DNA from: a virus
Direction: 5' to 3' (one strand)
Length of the DNA: 64,000 nt
Virus record (IMG/VR): IMGVR_UViG_3300038468_000190
Span: 32,001 to 96,000 of that record
This document shows, piece by piece, positions 1 to 9,593 of the stretch; position 1 is the stretch's first letter; each line of letters begins with the position of its first letter. The notes below the pieces were generated by a model. It had not been told where the DNA came from, searched no databases, and saw nothing but the letters and a program-made list of their open reading frames with translations. A program made the translations under genes and the position numbers.

Positions 1-476
1 TCGTCCTCCTCGATCATGATCTCCTTCGTGAACTCCACCCGCTCGGCCGTCATCCGCCTGAGCGCCTCGAGCGGCTCACGCTGCCGGGCGGCGTCTTCGG
101 GCACCGACTCGAGCAGTTTCTCGAGGAGCTTGTCCACTTGCTCGAGGTACGCGAGGTACATGGCGGCGTCCTCGGGCATGAGCGCCGACTCCGTCGGAGC
201 GCCCTCCATCCGCGTCTCGAGCCGAGCGATGTCCTCGTCGGCCTGAAGGAGCGCCTCGCCCGCCGTGCCGGCGAGATCCGAAATGAGCGTCAGCACCGTG
301 CCGGCGATTTCGCGGTAGATTTTGGCGAGCTCGGGGTTCGCCTCGTCGAGCTTCTTCGCCGCCCCGAGCAGGCGCTCACGACCCTCCGTCGCTTCGCGGT
401 AGATGACGCCGAGCTCGGCTTCGAGATCTCCTTCGCCTTCGTCGGCGTCGTCCGGGAGAGCAATGTCTGTGGGCAT
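1..476 (-). CDS. Hypothetical acidic helical protein, runs off the left edge
   Basis: ATG at 476 overlaps the upstream stop (TGATG); frame MPTDIALPDDADEG... is open to position 1. Confidence 0.65.
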   Translation of the reverse strand, partial: MPTDIALPDDADEGEGDLEAELGVIYREATEGRERLLGAAKKLDEANPELAKIYREIAGTVLTLISDLAGTAGEALLQADEDIARLETRMEGAPTESALMPEDAAMYLAYLEQVDKLLEKLLESVPEDAARQREPLEALRRMTAERVEFTKEIMIEED

Positions 477-1300
477 CAGGATCCTTTCGAAAAAATACCG
501 CCGACTTCGGTGCTCTCACCACGCGTATCGGCTCGCCACCCGAACATCGGCAGGTGCTCGCGATTCTTTCCTTGCGCGACCTTCAGCGCGTCGAAGTCAT
601 CGAGCTCTTTCGAGCTCTCGGCGTCGTACGGATCGCGCATGTCGCACGCCCAGACGCCCGTGTCCTTCACCGTCATGAAGGTGCCCTCGGTCGTGCGGCG
701 CGCCGAGCAGAGACGAGCGAATTGGTTGTGCTGCGCATTGAGCTCGAACGCGAGCTTCTGCCGCACGTAGTGCCTGCACGCGGGGCGAATGGGCTCGACG
801 AGGAGAAAGTCTCCTATCCGACACTCGGTGAAGCATCGGTCGTAGCCGCATCGGTCGTAGAGCACCGACCACACGTCTTCCGCGTCGGACTCCTTTTCAT
901 CCCAGTGCATCCGCTGGCGAAGCTCGGCGATCGCTCCGCGAAAGCCATCGATGAGGCGCGAGACCGGGATACGCCAGCGACCGTCCGGAGCGCGCTCGAC
1001 GAGCTCGGGCGAAAACTCGAAGCCCACCGCGCCCCATCTGTCCCTCACCACGAACGCCCTCGTGTCGGCCATGCACACGAGCGACGCCGGCGAGAGCGGC
1101 GGGATGTCGCTCTTCTCGGTCGAGTCGATCGTGACGGGCAGGCCGTCGGACCCGATGACGCGCACGGCCGGCGACGGCTTGAAGTCCTCGTGGATTTCGT
1201 CGAACGGATGAAACTCCGTCTCGGCGTCCTCGCTCGGCTCGTGCCCGTCGATCACGGCCTCGTCGGGACGGGCCTCGTCGCTCTCGCGCGAGTCGGACAT
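476..1300 (-). CDS. Hypothetical protein
   Basis: Long ORF, likely start MSDSRES; coupled to the downstream gene. Confidence 0.65.
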   Translation of the reverse strand: MSDSRESDEARPDEAVIDGHEPSEDAETEFHPFDEIHEDFKPSPAVRVIGSDGLPVTIDSTEKSDIPPLSPASLVCMADTRAFVVRDRWGAVGFEFSPELVERAPDGRWRIPVSRLIDGFRGAIAELRQRMHWDEKESDAEDVWSVLYDRCGYDRCFTECRIGDFLLVEPIRPACRHYVRQKLAFELNAQHNQFARLCSARRTTEGTFMTVKDTGVWACDMRDPYDAESSKELDDFDALKVAQGKNREHLPMFGWRADTRGESTEVGGIFSKGS

Positions 1301-1364
1301 TGCCCCGGAGGGTAAGCATGCCAAGGCCGTCCGACAAGGCCGGCCTTGTAGCTATCACCAAAGC

Positions 1365-1844
1365 CTAAGTCCCCGAATCCGCACCTGGGAGCTCCGCGTC
1401 GATTTTTCGGGCCGCTTCGATCCCCGGGGCTGTCTGCACACCTGTGTGCGCACCCTCGCCGTGCCGGTGGCCAAATTCGGCCAGCACGTCGGTCAGGGCT
1501 GGGTCAATTTTGACATCCTTGGCGGCCACCCCATGCGCCCGAAGCTCGCGGGCGAAGGCGTTCGACCGCTGGATAGCGCCCGAAAGGTCGCGAAGTAGCC
1601 AACTTTGAGCCACACCCGAGTGATAGCTGCTGTCATTGTAAAGTTTCTTCCATACATCACGTTCGTGCTCCAAGCCGTCGATAATATTAAAGAATTCCTT
1701 GGCCCTCCGGCTCTCGGTAGAAGCCCGGGCCCCTGCGTCCGTGGCGACCCGGGTCACTTCGGCGAGCCGACGGCGGAGAGAACGGTTCCAGAGGGCGAGG
1801 AGCACCACGAGGACCGAAAGGCAGACCAGAGGCAAGATTGTCAT
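1365..1844 (-). CDS. Hypothetical protein with N-terminal membrane anchor
   Basis: MTILPLVCLSVLVVLLALW hydrophobic start; ATGA overlap with NUDIX stop. Confidence 0.6.
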   Translation of the reverse strand: MTILPLVCLSVLVVLLALWNRSLRRRLAEVTRVATDAGARASTESRRAKEFFNIIDGLEHERDVWKKLYNDSSYHSGVAQSWLLRDLSGAIQRSNAFARELRAHGVAAKDVKIDPALTDVLAEFGHRHGEGAHTGVQTAPGIEAARKIDAELPGADSGT

Positions 1845-2281
1845 GTGTTTTCCCGTAGATAGGCGAGCACCAGCGCGCAGCCCGGGTGCAAGTGGGGGCC
1901 GATGTCGTCCGGCTCCGCCCACGTGTAGGCGCGGTGCTCGGGGTTCAGGCGGGGGGAAAATTCCTCCCGCGTCGTGACCACGAATACCGTGTAGACGAAG
2001 CCCGACCGGGGGGCCCGCCCGGGCCGAAAGAGCGCCTGCTCGCCGTCCGGCATGGTGAGCACTTCGAGTACCGCGACGTCCGTCGTCAGGGCGGCCGGAA
2101 AGCCGGTCTCCTCGTCGAGCTCCCGGATTGCCGCTTCTTCCGGCGCTTCACCGGGCTCCACGAACCCGCCCGGGTGACTCCAGCCCCGTCCGTCGGCCCG
2201 GTCGAGGAGAAGGACGCGGCCCGTGTTCTCCGCGAGAATCAGGCAGCCGGCGCCTCTTTTTGAGTACTCAGCGCTCGGCAT
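1841..2281 (-). CDS. NUDIX hydrolase
   Basis: Nudix box GGFVEPGEAPEEAAIRELDEETG; C-terminal LNPEHRAYTW. Confidence 0.9.
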   Translation of the reverse strand: MPSAEYSKRGAGCLILAENTGRVLLLDRADGRGWSHPGGFVEPGEAPEEAAIRELDEETGFPAALTTDVAVLEVLTMPDGEQALFRPGRAPRSGFVYTVFVVTTREEFSPRLNPEHRAYTWAEPDDIGPHLHPGCALVLAYLRENT

Positions 2282-2546
2282 ATTTCGCTGCCAGCTCCGC
2301 CAATCGCTTGGCGATAGCCTTGGGCTCCGGCCGGAGCCTCTGCTCGGCCTTCGGGTGTCGGGACCGCCACGCGCGCATGGCCGCCGCGTGGCACGGGCGG
2401 CAGTACCGCTGGCGGCCGAGCTTGGCACAACGCGCAAAGGCCTCCTTCGGCAATGTCTCGCGACACCACGTGCACTCTCGGCGGTCGGGCTCGGGGCCAA
2501 GACTCGCCGCGTATCGCTCTGACTTGGTGCGTTTGGGGCGGGCCAT
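2268..2546 (-). CDS. Small zinc-ribbon protein
   Basis: CTWC...YCRPC motif pair. Confidence 0.6.
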   Translation of the reverse strand: MARPKRTKSERYAASLGPEPDRRECTWCRETLPKEAFARCAKLGRQRYCRPCHAAAMRAWRSRHPKAEQRLRPEPKAIAKRLAELAAKYAER

Positions 2547-2581
2547 CAGGGGTAGAACGTTTCACAACGAACGCGCGTGGC

Positions 2582-3163
2582 CTACCGCCCCCGCAGGCGA
2601 CGCGGCCGCCCACCCGGAAGCGCCCGGCGCTCGTCGTCGGCGCCCTCGAGCCGCTCCATGCGGCGGTCCATCCGGTCGAGGACCTGAAGGAGCTTCACGT
2701 TCGCGAGCTGGGAAACGCGGCCCTCGCTCCGGGTCATGGCCGCCGGGTCGTGGAGGCTCGTCGCGATGGGGGCGTCGCCGAAGATGCCGCCGGCCGACTG
2801 GCCGCCGGGGCCGTGGACGCCGTCGAGAAGCTCGGCCTCCTCTTCGAGCCAGCGCTCCCGGGCCTCCTCGGCCGTCTCGCCGCGATGGTCGCCCCGATAC
2901 CGGACGACGGGCGAGCCAGGAAACTCCTGGGCTGCGTGACGCGCCAGGGCCTCGTCGCGCTCTTCGCGGTAGGCGCCGCTTGCGTCGCCGGTGCCGGCGC
3001 GCACGATGGCGCCGCCATAACGCCCACGCTCGGCCGCCGGCTCGCCTCCGGCCCGATCGGCGATCCGATCGCGGAGGAGCTCGCCGAGGAGCTCCTTCGT
3101 GGATTTGCCTTCGCTACGCGACAGCGCTTCGAGGGCTGCCTCCAGATCCTTGTCGATTGGCAA
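2582..3163 (-). CDS. Hypothetical protein, possible ribbon-helix-helix N-terminus
   Basis: IDKDLEAALEALSRSEGKSTKELLGELL pattern. Confidence 0.5.
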   Translation of the reverse strand: MPIDKDLEAALEALSRSEGKSTKELLGELLRDRIADRAGGEPAAERGRYGGAIVRAGTGDASGAYREERDEALARHAAQEFPGSPVVRYRGDHRGETAEEARERWLEEEAELLDGVHGPGGQSAGGIFGDAPIATSLHDPAAMTRSEGRVSQLANVKLLQVLDRMDRRMERLEGADDERRALPGGRPRRLRGR

Positions 3164-3219
3164 AGACGCGCTCCTTTTCTGGGTGCCGATCAGAATACCA
3201 CGGGGCCGATGGCTCGTCG

Positions 3220-3648
3220 CTACCGGACGTCGTTACCCGGCTCGGCCGGAGGCAACGCGCCCGCGACGTCTTCTTCCGGCCGGGGCGCGAGTGCTCGAAA
3301 GGCCCGGTCGATCGCGAGCGCCGCGACCATCTCGTCCGATTTGAAAAACTTTCGAATCTCCCGGAGCGAGGTCGCCTCGATGATCCAGTCCATCCGCCCC
3401 ACGCACCGTCCCGTCTTCACACTGAACGTCATGACTTCCGCGCCGCCGCCGAAGTAGACCGCGACGCGCGTCCCCGCCGGGATATCCACGACCTCGACGT
3501 CGCGCTCGCGCGTCGGCGCCTTGCTCCTCCGGTAGCTCTCCCTCGACCGCTTGAGCGCGCCATCGCTCGTCGTCAAGCGCTCGAGAACCGGCCACTCCTG
3601 GATGCGGATCATGAGCGCTTCGGGAAGCTCTTCGGGAGAGTTATTCAT
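3220..3648 (-). CDS. Hypothetical protein
   Basis: ORF within the leftward coupled run. Confidence 0.5.
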   Translation of the reverse strand: MNNSPEELPEALMIRIQEWPVLERLTTSDGALKRSRESYRRSKAPTRERDVEVVDIPAGTRVAVYFGGGAEVMTFSVKTGRCVGRMDWIIEATSLREIRKFFKSDEMVAALAIDRAFRALAPRPEEDVAGALPPAEPGNDVR

Positions 3649-4059
3649 CGTTTCTTCTTTCGCGGCGCCGGGCGCGCGGGCAAGAGAGGCACCGTAAGGC
3701 GGCTGAGATCAACGACGACGAGGTCATCGGCCTCGCGAGACCATAACCGCGCCGCCCGGCGGCGCACCTTGGTCGCGTCGCCCACGTCGAGGGTCACGAG
3801 ATCCCCGAGGACTTGACCACTCCGGAGGTCGGAGACGCGCCATGCCACTATTCGCGCTCCGCGTATTGCAGAAGCCTGAGGGCCGCGCGGAAGGCGCGCG
3901 CTGGCGCGCCGCAGCGGTCGCAGCAGTCGTCCGGCGTCGACTGAAAGCGCGGGTGCCCGCTCGCGGCCGACACGAACGCCACCAGGGCCGTGAGGTGAGA
4001 CTCGAAGCGCTGCGCCCACACGCCGTGCTCTCGCAAGCGCTCGAAGTCCGCGCGCGCGA

Positions 4060-4365
4060 TCACCGCTCGCCGTCCGGGACCCGTGGGGCGCTCAGGTTTC
4101 GGATCTGGATCTGTTGAAGCGAGACGCGGTTTTCGAGGACGGAGATCAACTGATCCTGCGTCTCTCGGAGACTCTCGTGCGACGCGCAAAGCTTCTTGAA
4201 CTTCGAGTGCCGCCCGAGCAGCCAGCCGATGCCGACGAAGCTCGCGAAGGAGAGCGCCGCCTGTGACCCGGAGCCGAGGTAGACCTTACCGGCGACGACG
4301 AGCACGAACGCCCAGACGAGCATCTGACCGGCGTCGCCGAGAAACTCGAGGTGCCTCTGCTGCAT
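4060..4365 (-). CDS. Small two-TM membrane protein
   Basis: Two hydrophobic segments followed by a coiled tail. Confidence 0.55.
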   Translation of the reverse strand: MQQRHLEFLGDAGQMLVWAFVLVVAGKVYLGSGSQAALSFASFVGIGWLLGRHSKFKKLCASHESLRETQDQLISVLENRVSLQQIQIRNLSAPRVPDGER

Positions 4366-4604
4366 CGCCTAGCTCTTCGTCGGGTCTTCACGGAGCTGGG
4401 ACTCGGCGGCCCGGAGCACATGGAGAATCACCTCGCGGGTCTCTTCGGTCGTCATCCGCTGGCGGAGCTGCCCGTAGACCCATCCGATCACGAAGCCGTA
4501 CCATTGGTCCTGAGGAAGCTCGGTCTCCGTGAGCGCGGCGAGCATTCGCTCCGTAAACTTCTCTCCCATGGCGAGCACGGCTGGCGTCAGCGTCATCATG
4601 GGCT

Positions 4605-4964
4605 TCATTCGAGTCGACCGATTTCGTCGTCCAGAATCTGAATCGCCAAAGCGATATTGCCGCGCAATATGGCCCAGAGGAATTTGCCGAGCAAGGCCGG
4701 CATCGTGTCCACCACCTTCAGGAACTTGGCCTCCGCTGAAGGAGGGATGATGGTGATGTGGCGACCCGACGGACACTCTCGCTCTCGAACGAGGTACCAG
4801 CGAGCCTTTTTGAGATCTTCGAGGCGGTCGCCCTTCTGTCCCGCACGCCAGACGTACTTCGTCGCGTTACCGACGCAGAAGTTCATGTGCTCGCAGATGT
4901 CGATCGCCTCGACGCCCGACTCGTGACTGTTGTAGTGCGGCGGATGATTGACGCTGTCCGTCAC
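4605..4964 (-). CDS. DUF3310-family phage protein
   Basis: DSVNHPPHY...EAIDI...FCVGNATKYVWRAGQKG...EDLKKARWYL signature; GTGA overlap with thyX stop. Confidence 0.85.
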   Translation of the reverse strand: MTDSVNHPPHYNSHESGVEAIDICEHMNFCVGNATKYVWRAGQKGDRLEDLKKARWYLVRERECPSGRHITIIPPSAEAKFLKVVDTMPALLGKFLWAILRGNIALAIQILDDEIGRLE

Positions 4965-5947
4965 GTGGCCTCCTCGGTGCGTTGTCCCAGAATGTCGTGC
5001 TCGCCTGGGATGAGCTTTCGGAGCTGCACCCAGCCGTTTAGGTTGCCCGAGTAGTAGAGCGGCCCCCGAACGCGGGTGATGATGCTGCCGCGGTCTTCCA
5101 TCCCGACTTTCGGCTCCACGCCGGGCGGGCACTGAGTGCGAAGCATCGGACCGTCATCGAACGCGACGTCCCAGGCCTGGGTGAGCTCGAGCTCACGTTG
5201 GGTCATTGGACGGGCCGGATGCTCGAGAGGACTCAGGTGTCCCGGACCAACGAGCCGCTCGTAGAGCGCCAGGTCCTCGTTCGCGTCACGTTTACCGTCT
5301 TGAGTCAGATAAGAAACTCGGGCGCACCGCGCCGCTGAGATGCGCGCCGCCGCGAACGCGGCGTAAGCGCCCACCTCGAGATTGAACGCTTCACCCGGCT
5401 CGACGTACGGCGTGTGCCAGTCGCCGTAGTTCACGGGGTGCGGCTCGCTCGTTTTGTACGCCTCGAGCATCATCTCGGCGGCGCGCCTAAACTCACCCTG
5501 CGCGGCGGGGTTCACGCGGAGGTGGGAGAAGTTATCCCAGTCGGTCGCGGTGATGACCGCCGTGTGCCACGCGAACGGCTCGAGGAGACGATTGGCGAGC
5601 TGTTTATGAACACCAAGTTCAGCGAGACGTCGAGCTTGCTCGATCGCTTTGCTGCACGCCCAAGCCCACTCGTCCTCCGCTCGCTGTGCCTCCTCCGCCG
5701 AGAGCACCTCGTCATGCTGCATGCCCTTCTTGTTCTTTCCGAACTCCGCCGGCACGAACGGATCCGTCTCGACGGCGGCGATGCGCCTCTCGACCGGGAT
5801 GGCGCGCGAGCTCGCGCTGTTACGCGACAGCATCCGGTGCGTGTTCACCTCGGCGAGCACGATGCGCGGGAAGGTGACCTCGAAGCTCGTCAGGCGATGG
5901 CCGGCCGGCGAGATCGAGTCCGCCAGGATGCGACACGCGTAGGCCAT
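4961..5947 (-). CDS. thyX: FAD-dependent thymidylate synthase
   Basis: THRMLSRNSASSRAIP motif (RHRxxSxxxxSxR variant), HKQLANRLLEPF, SAARCARVSY, HLSPLEH. Confidence 0.88.
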   Translation of the reverse strand: MAYACRILADSISPAGHRLTSFEVTFPRIVLAEVNTHRMLSRNSASSRAIPVERRIAAVETDPFVPAEFGKNKKGMQHDEVLSAEEAQRAEDEWAWACSKAIEQARRLAELGVHKQLANRLLEPFAWHTAVITATDWDNFSHLRVNPAAQGEFRRAAEMMLEAYKTSEPHPVNYGDWHTPYVEPGEAFNLEVGAYAAFAAARISAARCARVSYLTQDGKRDANEDLALYERLVGPGHLSPLEHPARPMTQRELELTQAWDVAFDDGPMLRTQCPPGVEPKVGMEDRGSIITRVRGPLYYSGNLNGWVQLRKLIPGEHDILGQRTEEAT

Positions 5948-6004
5948 CAGCGCCAGCCCACGGCGACACGTCGCCCGATCCGTTGAGTAGCTCTCATCCG
6001 CCCT

Positions 6005-6049
6005 AGGATAGGGGCACCGAGAGTACCGTCAAGCGGAAAGTGATATCAC
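6005..6049 (-). promoter_or_regulatory. Sigma70-like promoter for the thyX operon with adjacent GTGATATCAC palindrome
   Basis: Minus strand TTGACG (6032-6027), 16 nt, TATCCT (6010-6005); palindrome at 6040-6049. Confidence 0.55.
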
Positions 6050-6078
6050 CCCGGAAGAACCCGTGGGGCCCCGTTTCG

Positions 6079-6582
6079 TTATTCCTGCTGCAGGATGCCG
6101 CCGACGCCGAACATGAATCGCGTCCCCTTGGCGGCGCCTGCGAATTCCTGGAAGATCGCTCGCGTCGCTTCTGGGGCGGCCGCGCGTGTGATCGTGTCGG
6201 TGATGGCGATAGCGAGGGCGTCCTTCTCGCTGCCGAGCCCGAACTTGAACGACAGGTTCTCGGGGAGCAGGGCCCCCGTGCCGAGCTGGAGCAGCGTCTG
6301 CACGCCGTTGAAGCCCTGCGCCACGAAGACGAGCGTCACCACGAACGTGTGGCCGTCGCCGCCGCCCGCGAGGAGGAAATCGCCGAGCGTGAGCTGTCGC
6401 TCCGGCGTCTCGGGAAACGCCGCCGCGATGAGAACGTTCTGGGCTTGGATCTCGTCGAGCGCTGCCTGCACGAGCGTTTCCATCTCGCTTGCCTCGGCGG
6501 CCTCGGCCGTCTTGACGACGAAGGTTGCCGACGGTGGCTCGAACGCTGCGGGGTGCTCGTAGAAGAGGTCCGTGAACGACAT
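6079..6582 (-). CDS. Member of five-gene LAGAGDGHTF / AGGAKGQRFM paralog family
   Basis: LAGGGDGHTFVV and AGAAKGTRFM motifs shared with ORFs at 37609, 41918, 52351, 53403. Confidence 0.7.
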   Translation of the reverse strand: MSFTDLFYEHPAAFEPPSATFVVKTAEAAEASEMETLVQAALDEIQAQNVLIAAAFPETPERQLTLGDFLLAGGGDGHTFVVTLVFVAQGFNGVQTLLQLGTGALLPENLSFKFGLGSEKDALAIAITDTITRAAAPEATRAIFQEFAGAAKGTRFMFGVGGILQQE

Positions 6583-6721
6583 GCTCCGGAGCATATCCGA
6601 AGTCAGTGGCGGCTGTCCACGGTCTCCGGTACGCTCTCGGCTGCCCCTCCGGTCGCCTCGGCGCCGGAGCCAGAGCTCGGCCGTGTCCCTCCAGGCGGCC
6701 GGGCTCTTGTTTTTTGGGGCC

Positions 6722-8401
6722 CTACGCGAGCCGTCCGGCGCGGACGACGACGTCGATGAGGGGAGGCGGCTCGAAGTCCCGGTCGGGCTCCATCCCGAAC
6801 ACCTGGAGTTCTTCGGCCGGCCCTTCGGCAAACGCCATCTGCTCTGGCGTGTACGATTCGAAGTATTCGCTGTCGGTGTCACCTGGACGAAGCGTGAGAA
6901 ATCCGAGTAGCGCGCGCAGCGTCTCGTCCGAATCGAGCGCGTGAAGCGGCGAGGCAGAAAAATCTTCTCCGACGAAGAGCTCCTCGTCGTCCGGCATCGG
7001 CGTCCTGAATGCATAGCCGAGGATGCTCTTACCGTAGGAATCGGTGCGGTGCGTGTCCCAGACATCGAGTCGATAGCCGGTCTCGCCGAGCTCGACGGCG
7101 CGCAGGATGCCCTCGTCCGGGATAGAATTCACGGCGAAGTGATGCGGCTTGGCGTAGTGCTCGCGACGCTCCTCCGGATCGAACGGTCGTTCTTCTCGAC
7201 GGCTCCGGGCTTCCTCACGCCGGATGAGCTCTCGGGCGGACGGGAGCTCTCGGCCACGGAGCGTCGCCTGGCCACGAGAGTGGCCACGGCGCGGCGGGGG
7301 ATTGGAGAGCATCCGCGCGCGGCGCTCGCGTTCCTCCGCGCTCATGAGTTCGATCTCGACATCTCGGTAGCCCTCGGCACGAGCATGTCCGAGCGCCCAG
7401 TCTAGCCTGGCCTGACCGCTGCCCATGCCGACGGTGACACGCTCACCGTACTCTGGCGCGAACGCCGTCACGACGAACTGCTGCCCCGCTCCGACGCCGA
7501 CATGTTCCTGACCTCGCACTTTGATCACTCGCGCGTTCGCGGCCATGCCGACGTCCGACCTCGCCCCGAACTCTCGCTCGTAGATTTCCTGGGCCCGCCG
7601 GAAGATCCGCTCCTTGGTCGCCGCCGGGAGCTTCGTCTTTTCCTGGTGGGCGCGGGACATCGCGGCCCGAAGGTGCGCCTTGTCGATACGGCCGGAGCGA
7701 TTCTTGTACGGCAAGTGCCGGAGCGTCAGCGGATGGCTCCGGCCGAGTCGATCGCGACGTCCACCCGGCTCGACGTGCAAGAACGCCGAGTCGGGGAGAC
7801 TGTTCACGTAGGCGCGTGACCACTTCGCGTTCTCGGTGAGCCCCGCTTCACGCACGGTGCGCTCGTCCTCGCCGATCCGAAACCGCGTCGGCGCTTCTTC
7901 GGTTTCGGGCTCGACGTCGTAACGCGTGGGCGCCTCGAGCGTCATCGGCTCGATGTCGCGGAGGGTCGGCGCGGCCACCGTCTCGGCGCGCGACCCGGGC
8001 GCTTCGGTCGCCCCGTACTGCTCTTCGGCGAGCACGAGCGCGACCTCGAGATCTTCGTCCTCGTCGCGGACGACCGCCCCGTCGCCGTGGAGCTCCACCC
8101 CGAAGAGATCGCCGTTCGCGGAGATACTCAGCAAGGCGCGCTCGGCGGCGAGCCACTTCTTCACCCTCGTCGCGAAGCGCGTCCGGATGTGTCCCGTTTC
8201 TGCGCGCGAGCCCATGGCGTGGTTCAGGGCGTGCTCGAGACTCTTGTGCTCGCTCGAGCCGCGGCGCGGATCGCGTGGCGTCACGAGGAACTTGTCGTCG
8301 ACCACGCTGATGGTCAAGCGCTCGTCGTGCTTACCGAGCCACTTGAGCATCCGGTTTTGGAAGACCGGCGGGATGTCGTAGAGCTCGATGTCGTCTGCCA
8401 C
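6722..8401 (-). CDS. Multidomain phage protein containing a DUF6582-like (LPDSAF) module
   Basis: WSRAYVNSLPDSAFLHVEPGG...RHLPYKNRSGRIDKAHLRAAMSR resembles a module seen in phage head-associated proteins. Confidence 0.55.
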   Translation of the reverse strand: MADDIELYDIPPVFQNRMLKWLGKHDERLTISVVDDKFLVTPRDPRRGSSEHKSLEHALNHAMGSRAETGHIRTRFATRVKKWLAAERALLSISANGDLFGVELHGDGAVVRDEDEDLEVALVLAEEQYGATEAPGSRAETVAAPTLRDIEPMTLEAPTRYDVEPETEEAPTRFRIGEDERTVREAGLTENAKWSRAYVNSLPDSAFLHVEPGGRRDRLGRSHPLTLRHLPYKNRSGRIDKAHLRAAMSRAHQEKTKLPAATKERIFRRAQEIYEREFGARSDVGMAANARVIKVRGQEHVGVGAGQQFVVTAFAPEYGERVTVGMGSGQARLDWALGHARAEGYRDVEIELMSAEERERRARMLSNPPPRRGHSRGQATLRGRELPSARELIRREEARSRREERPFDPEERREHYAKPHHFAVNSIPDEGILRAVELGETGYRLDVWDTHRTDSYGKSILGYAFRTPMPDDEELFVGEDFSASPLHALDSDETLRALLGFLTLRPGDTDSEYFESYTPEQMAFAEGPAEELQVFGMEPDRDFEPPPLIDVVVRAGRLA

Positions 8402-8434
8402 GAGGAGGGAGAGTACTCCCGGTCGGCCGCGTGC

Positions 8435-8716
8435 TCAAGACAGAGGCTTACCGCGGCTCAATTCGCCGTGGATCTTGCGCACGATGGCCTGCGCCTGCTC
8501 GAGATCGCGACGAAGCTCTGGATGGAGCACTTCAGAGTCAGGAACGTGGGCCAATGCGTCCTCTTCGGTGAAGCGCAGGACCGAGACGCATCGAATGCAC
8601 ACGGTGAAATCGCCGGCTACCGGTCCGCGCATGTCGCCAGGACGAGTGCTCGTGGCAGTGTCGAGTTCTGCCCTGCAGACCGGACACTGCATCTCTGCCG
8701 TCGGGTGATGCCTCAT
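8435..8716 (-). CDS. Small CxxC zinc-binding protein
   Basis: CPVC...CIRC. Confidence 0.55.
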   Translation of the reverse strand: MRHHPTAEMQCPVCRAELDTATSTRPGDMRGPVAGDFTVCIRCVSVLRFTEEDALAHVPDSEVLHPELRRDLEQAQAIVRKIHGELSRGKPLS

Positions 8717-9593
8717 GGGCCCTCTCGAAAGAAGCCGAGGACGGTCGGGCTCACATGGTCACCGCGCTCGACGTGGGCCTCGAGATGCGTTGCCATCACG
8801 GACTGCTCTCTGCAAAGGAATTCACCACGGCGATGAGCGACCACGTCCGTGAGCGAGCAGTCCGAGCAGACGAGGCGCCCGTCTGGAATCTCGAAGATGT
8901 ACACGTCCGATCCCGGACACGGATCGACGGCGCAGCGGCGGCCCGACATGCTCGTGTGCTCGCAGCGGGTGTTCATGCGGACGATGGCCATCACGTCACC
9001 CACGCGGGCGGTGGCGACGGCCGCTCTTGCCACGGAAAGTAAAACTCGAGTTCCTTGCCGCACAGCGTGCACGCCAGAACCTTCCAGTTCTTGAAGACGG
9101 ACGAATCGGCAGGGCCGCCCAGGCCTCGACCGCGGAACTTCAGCTCTCGGTAGTCCATGCATACCGGCTTGTGCTCGCGACCGACGTGACCGCCGCACCA
9201 GCGACGGCGATCTTTTTTGCCGCGCACGGGGCGCGGCGGCGCGTCCGCCGGAAGCGACTGGCGCAGGAGGCGCCGGCGCACGCTCGAGGCGTGGTAGTTC
9301 GTTTGGTTTTCCTTGAGGCGCATGCGCGGAATTACTGTAGCAGCGGGTCGAACGACTGCACGAGCCTTGCGACATCCGGCGTACCGCCGCGCCACTCATC
9401 GGACGGATGCCACCAAAGGATCCAGCGGTCGGTGCTTGCCACCTGGAGCTCGCGATTGAGCGATCGGTACATATCGTCCGCTGGGCCCGAGGAGACGCTC
9501 ACGAGGTAGCCGCGGTGACCGAGGGCGCGCTTGACTCGACGCTCGAATTCTTTCTGGCCAGGCCACTTGCCGATCGTCACGAGCAGAAACACC

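Noticed and set aside
6722-8401. Recurrent xxN(P/A/S) motifs between modules as possible maturation cleavage sites
   Set aside because: Too short and variable to support without homolog alignments
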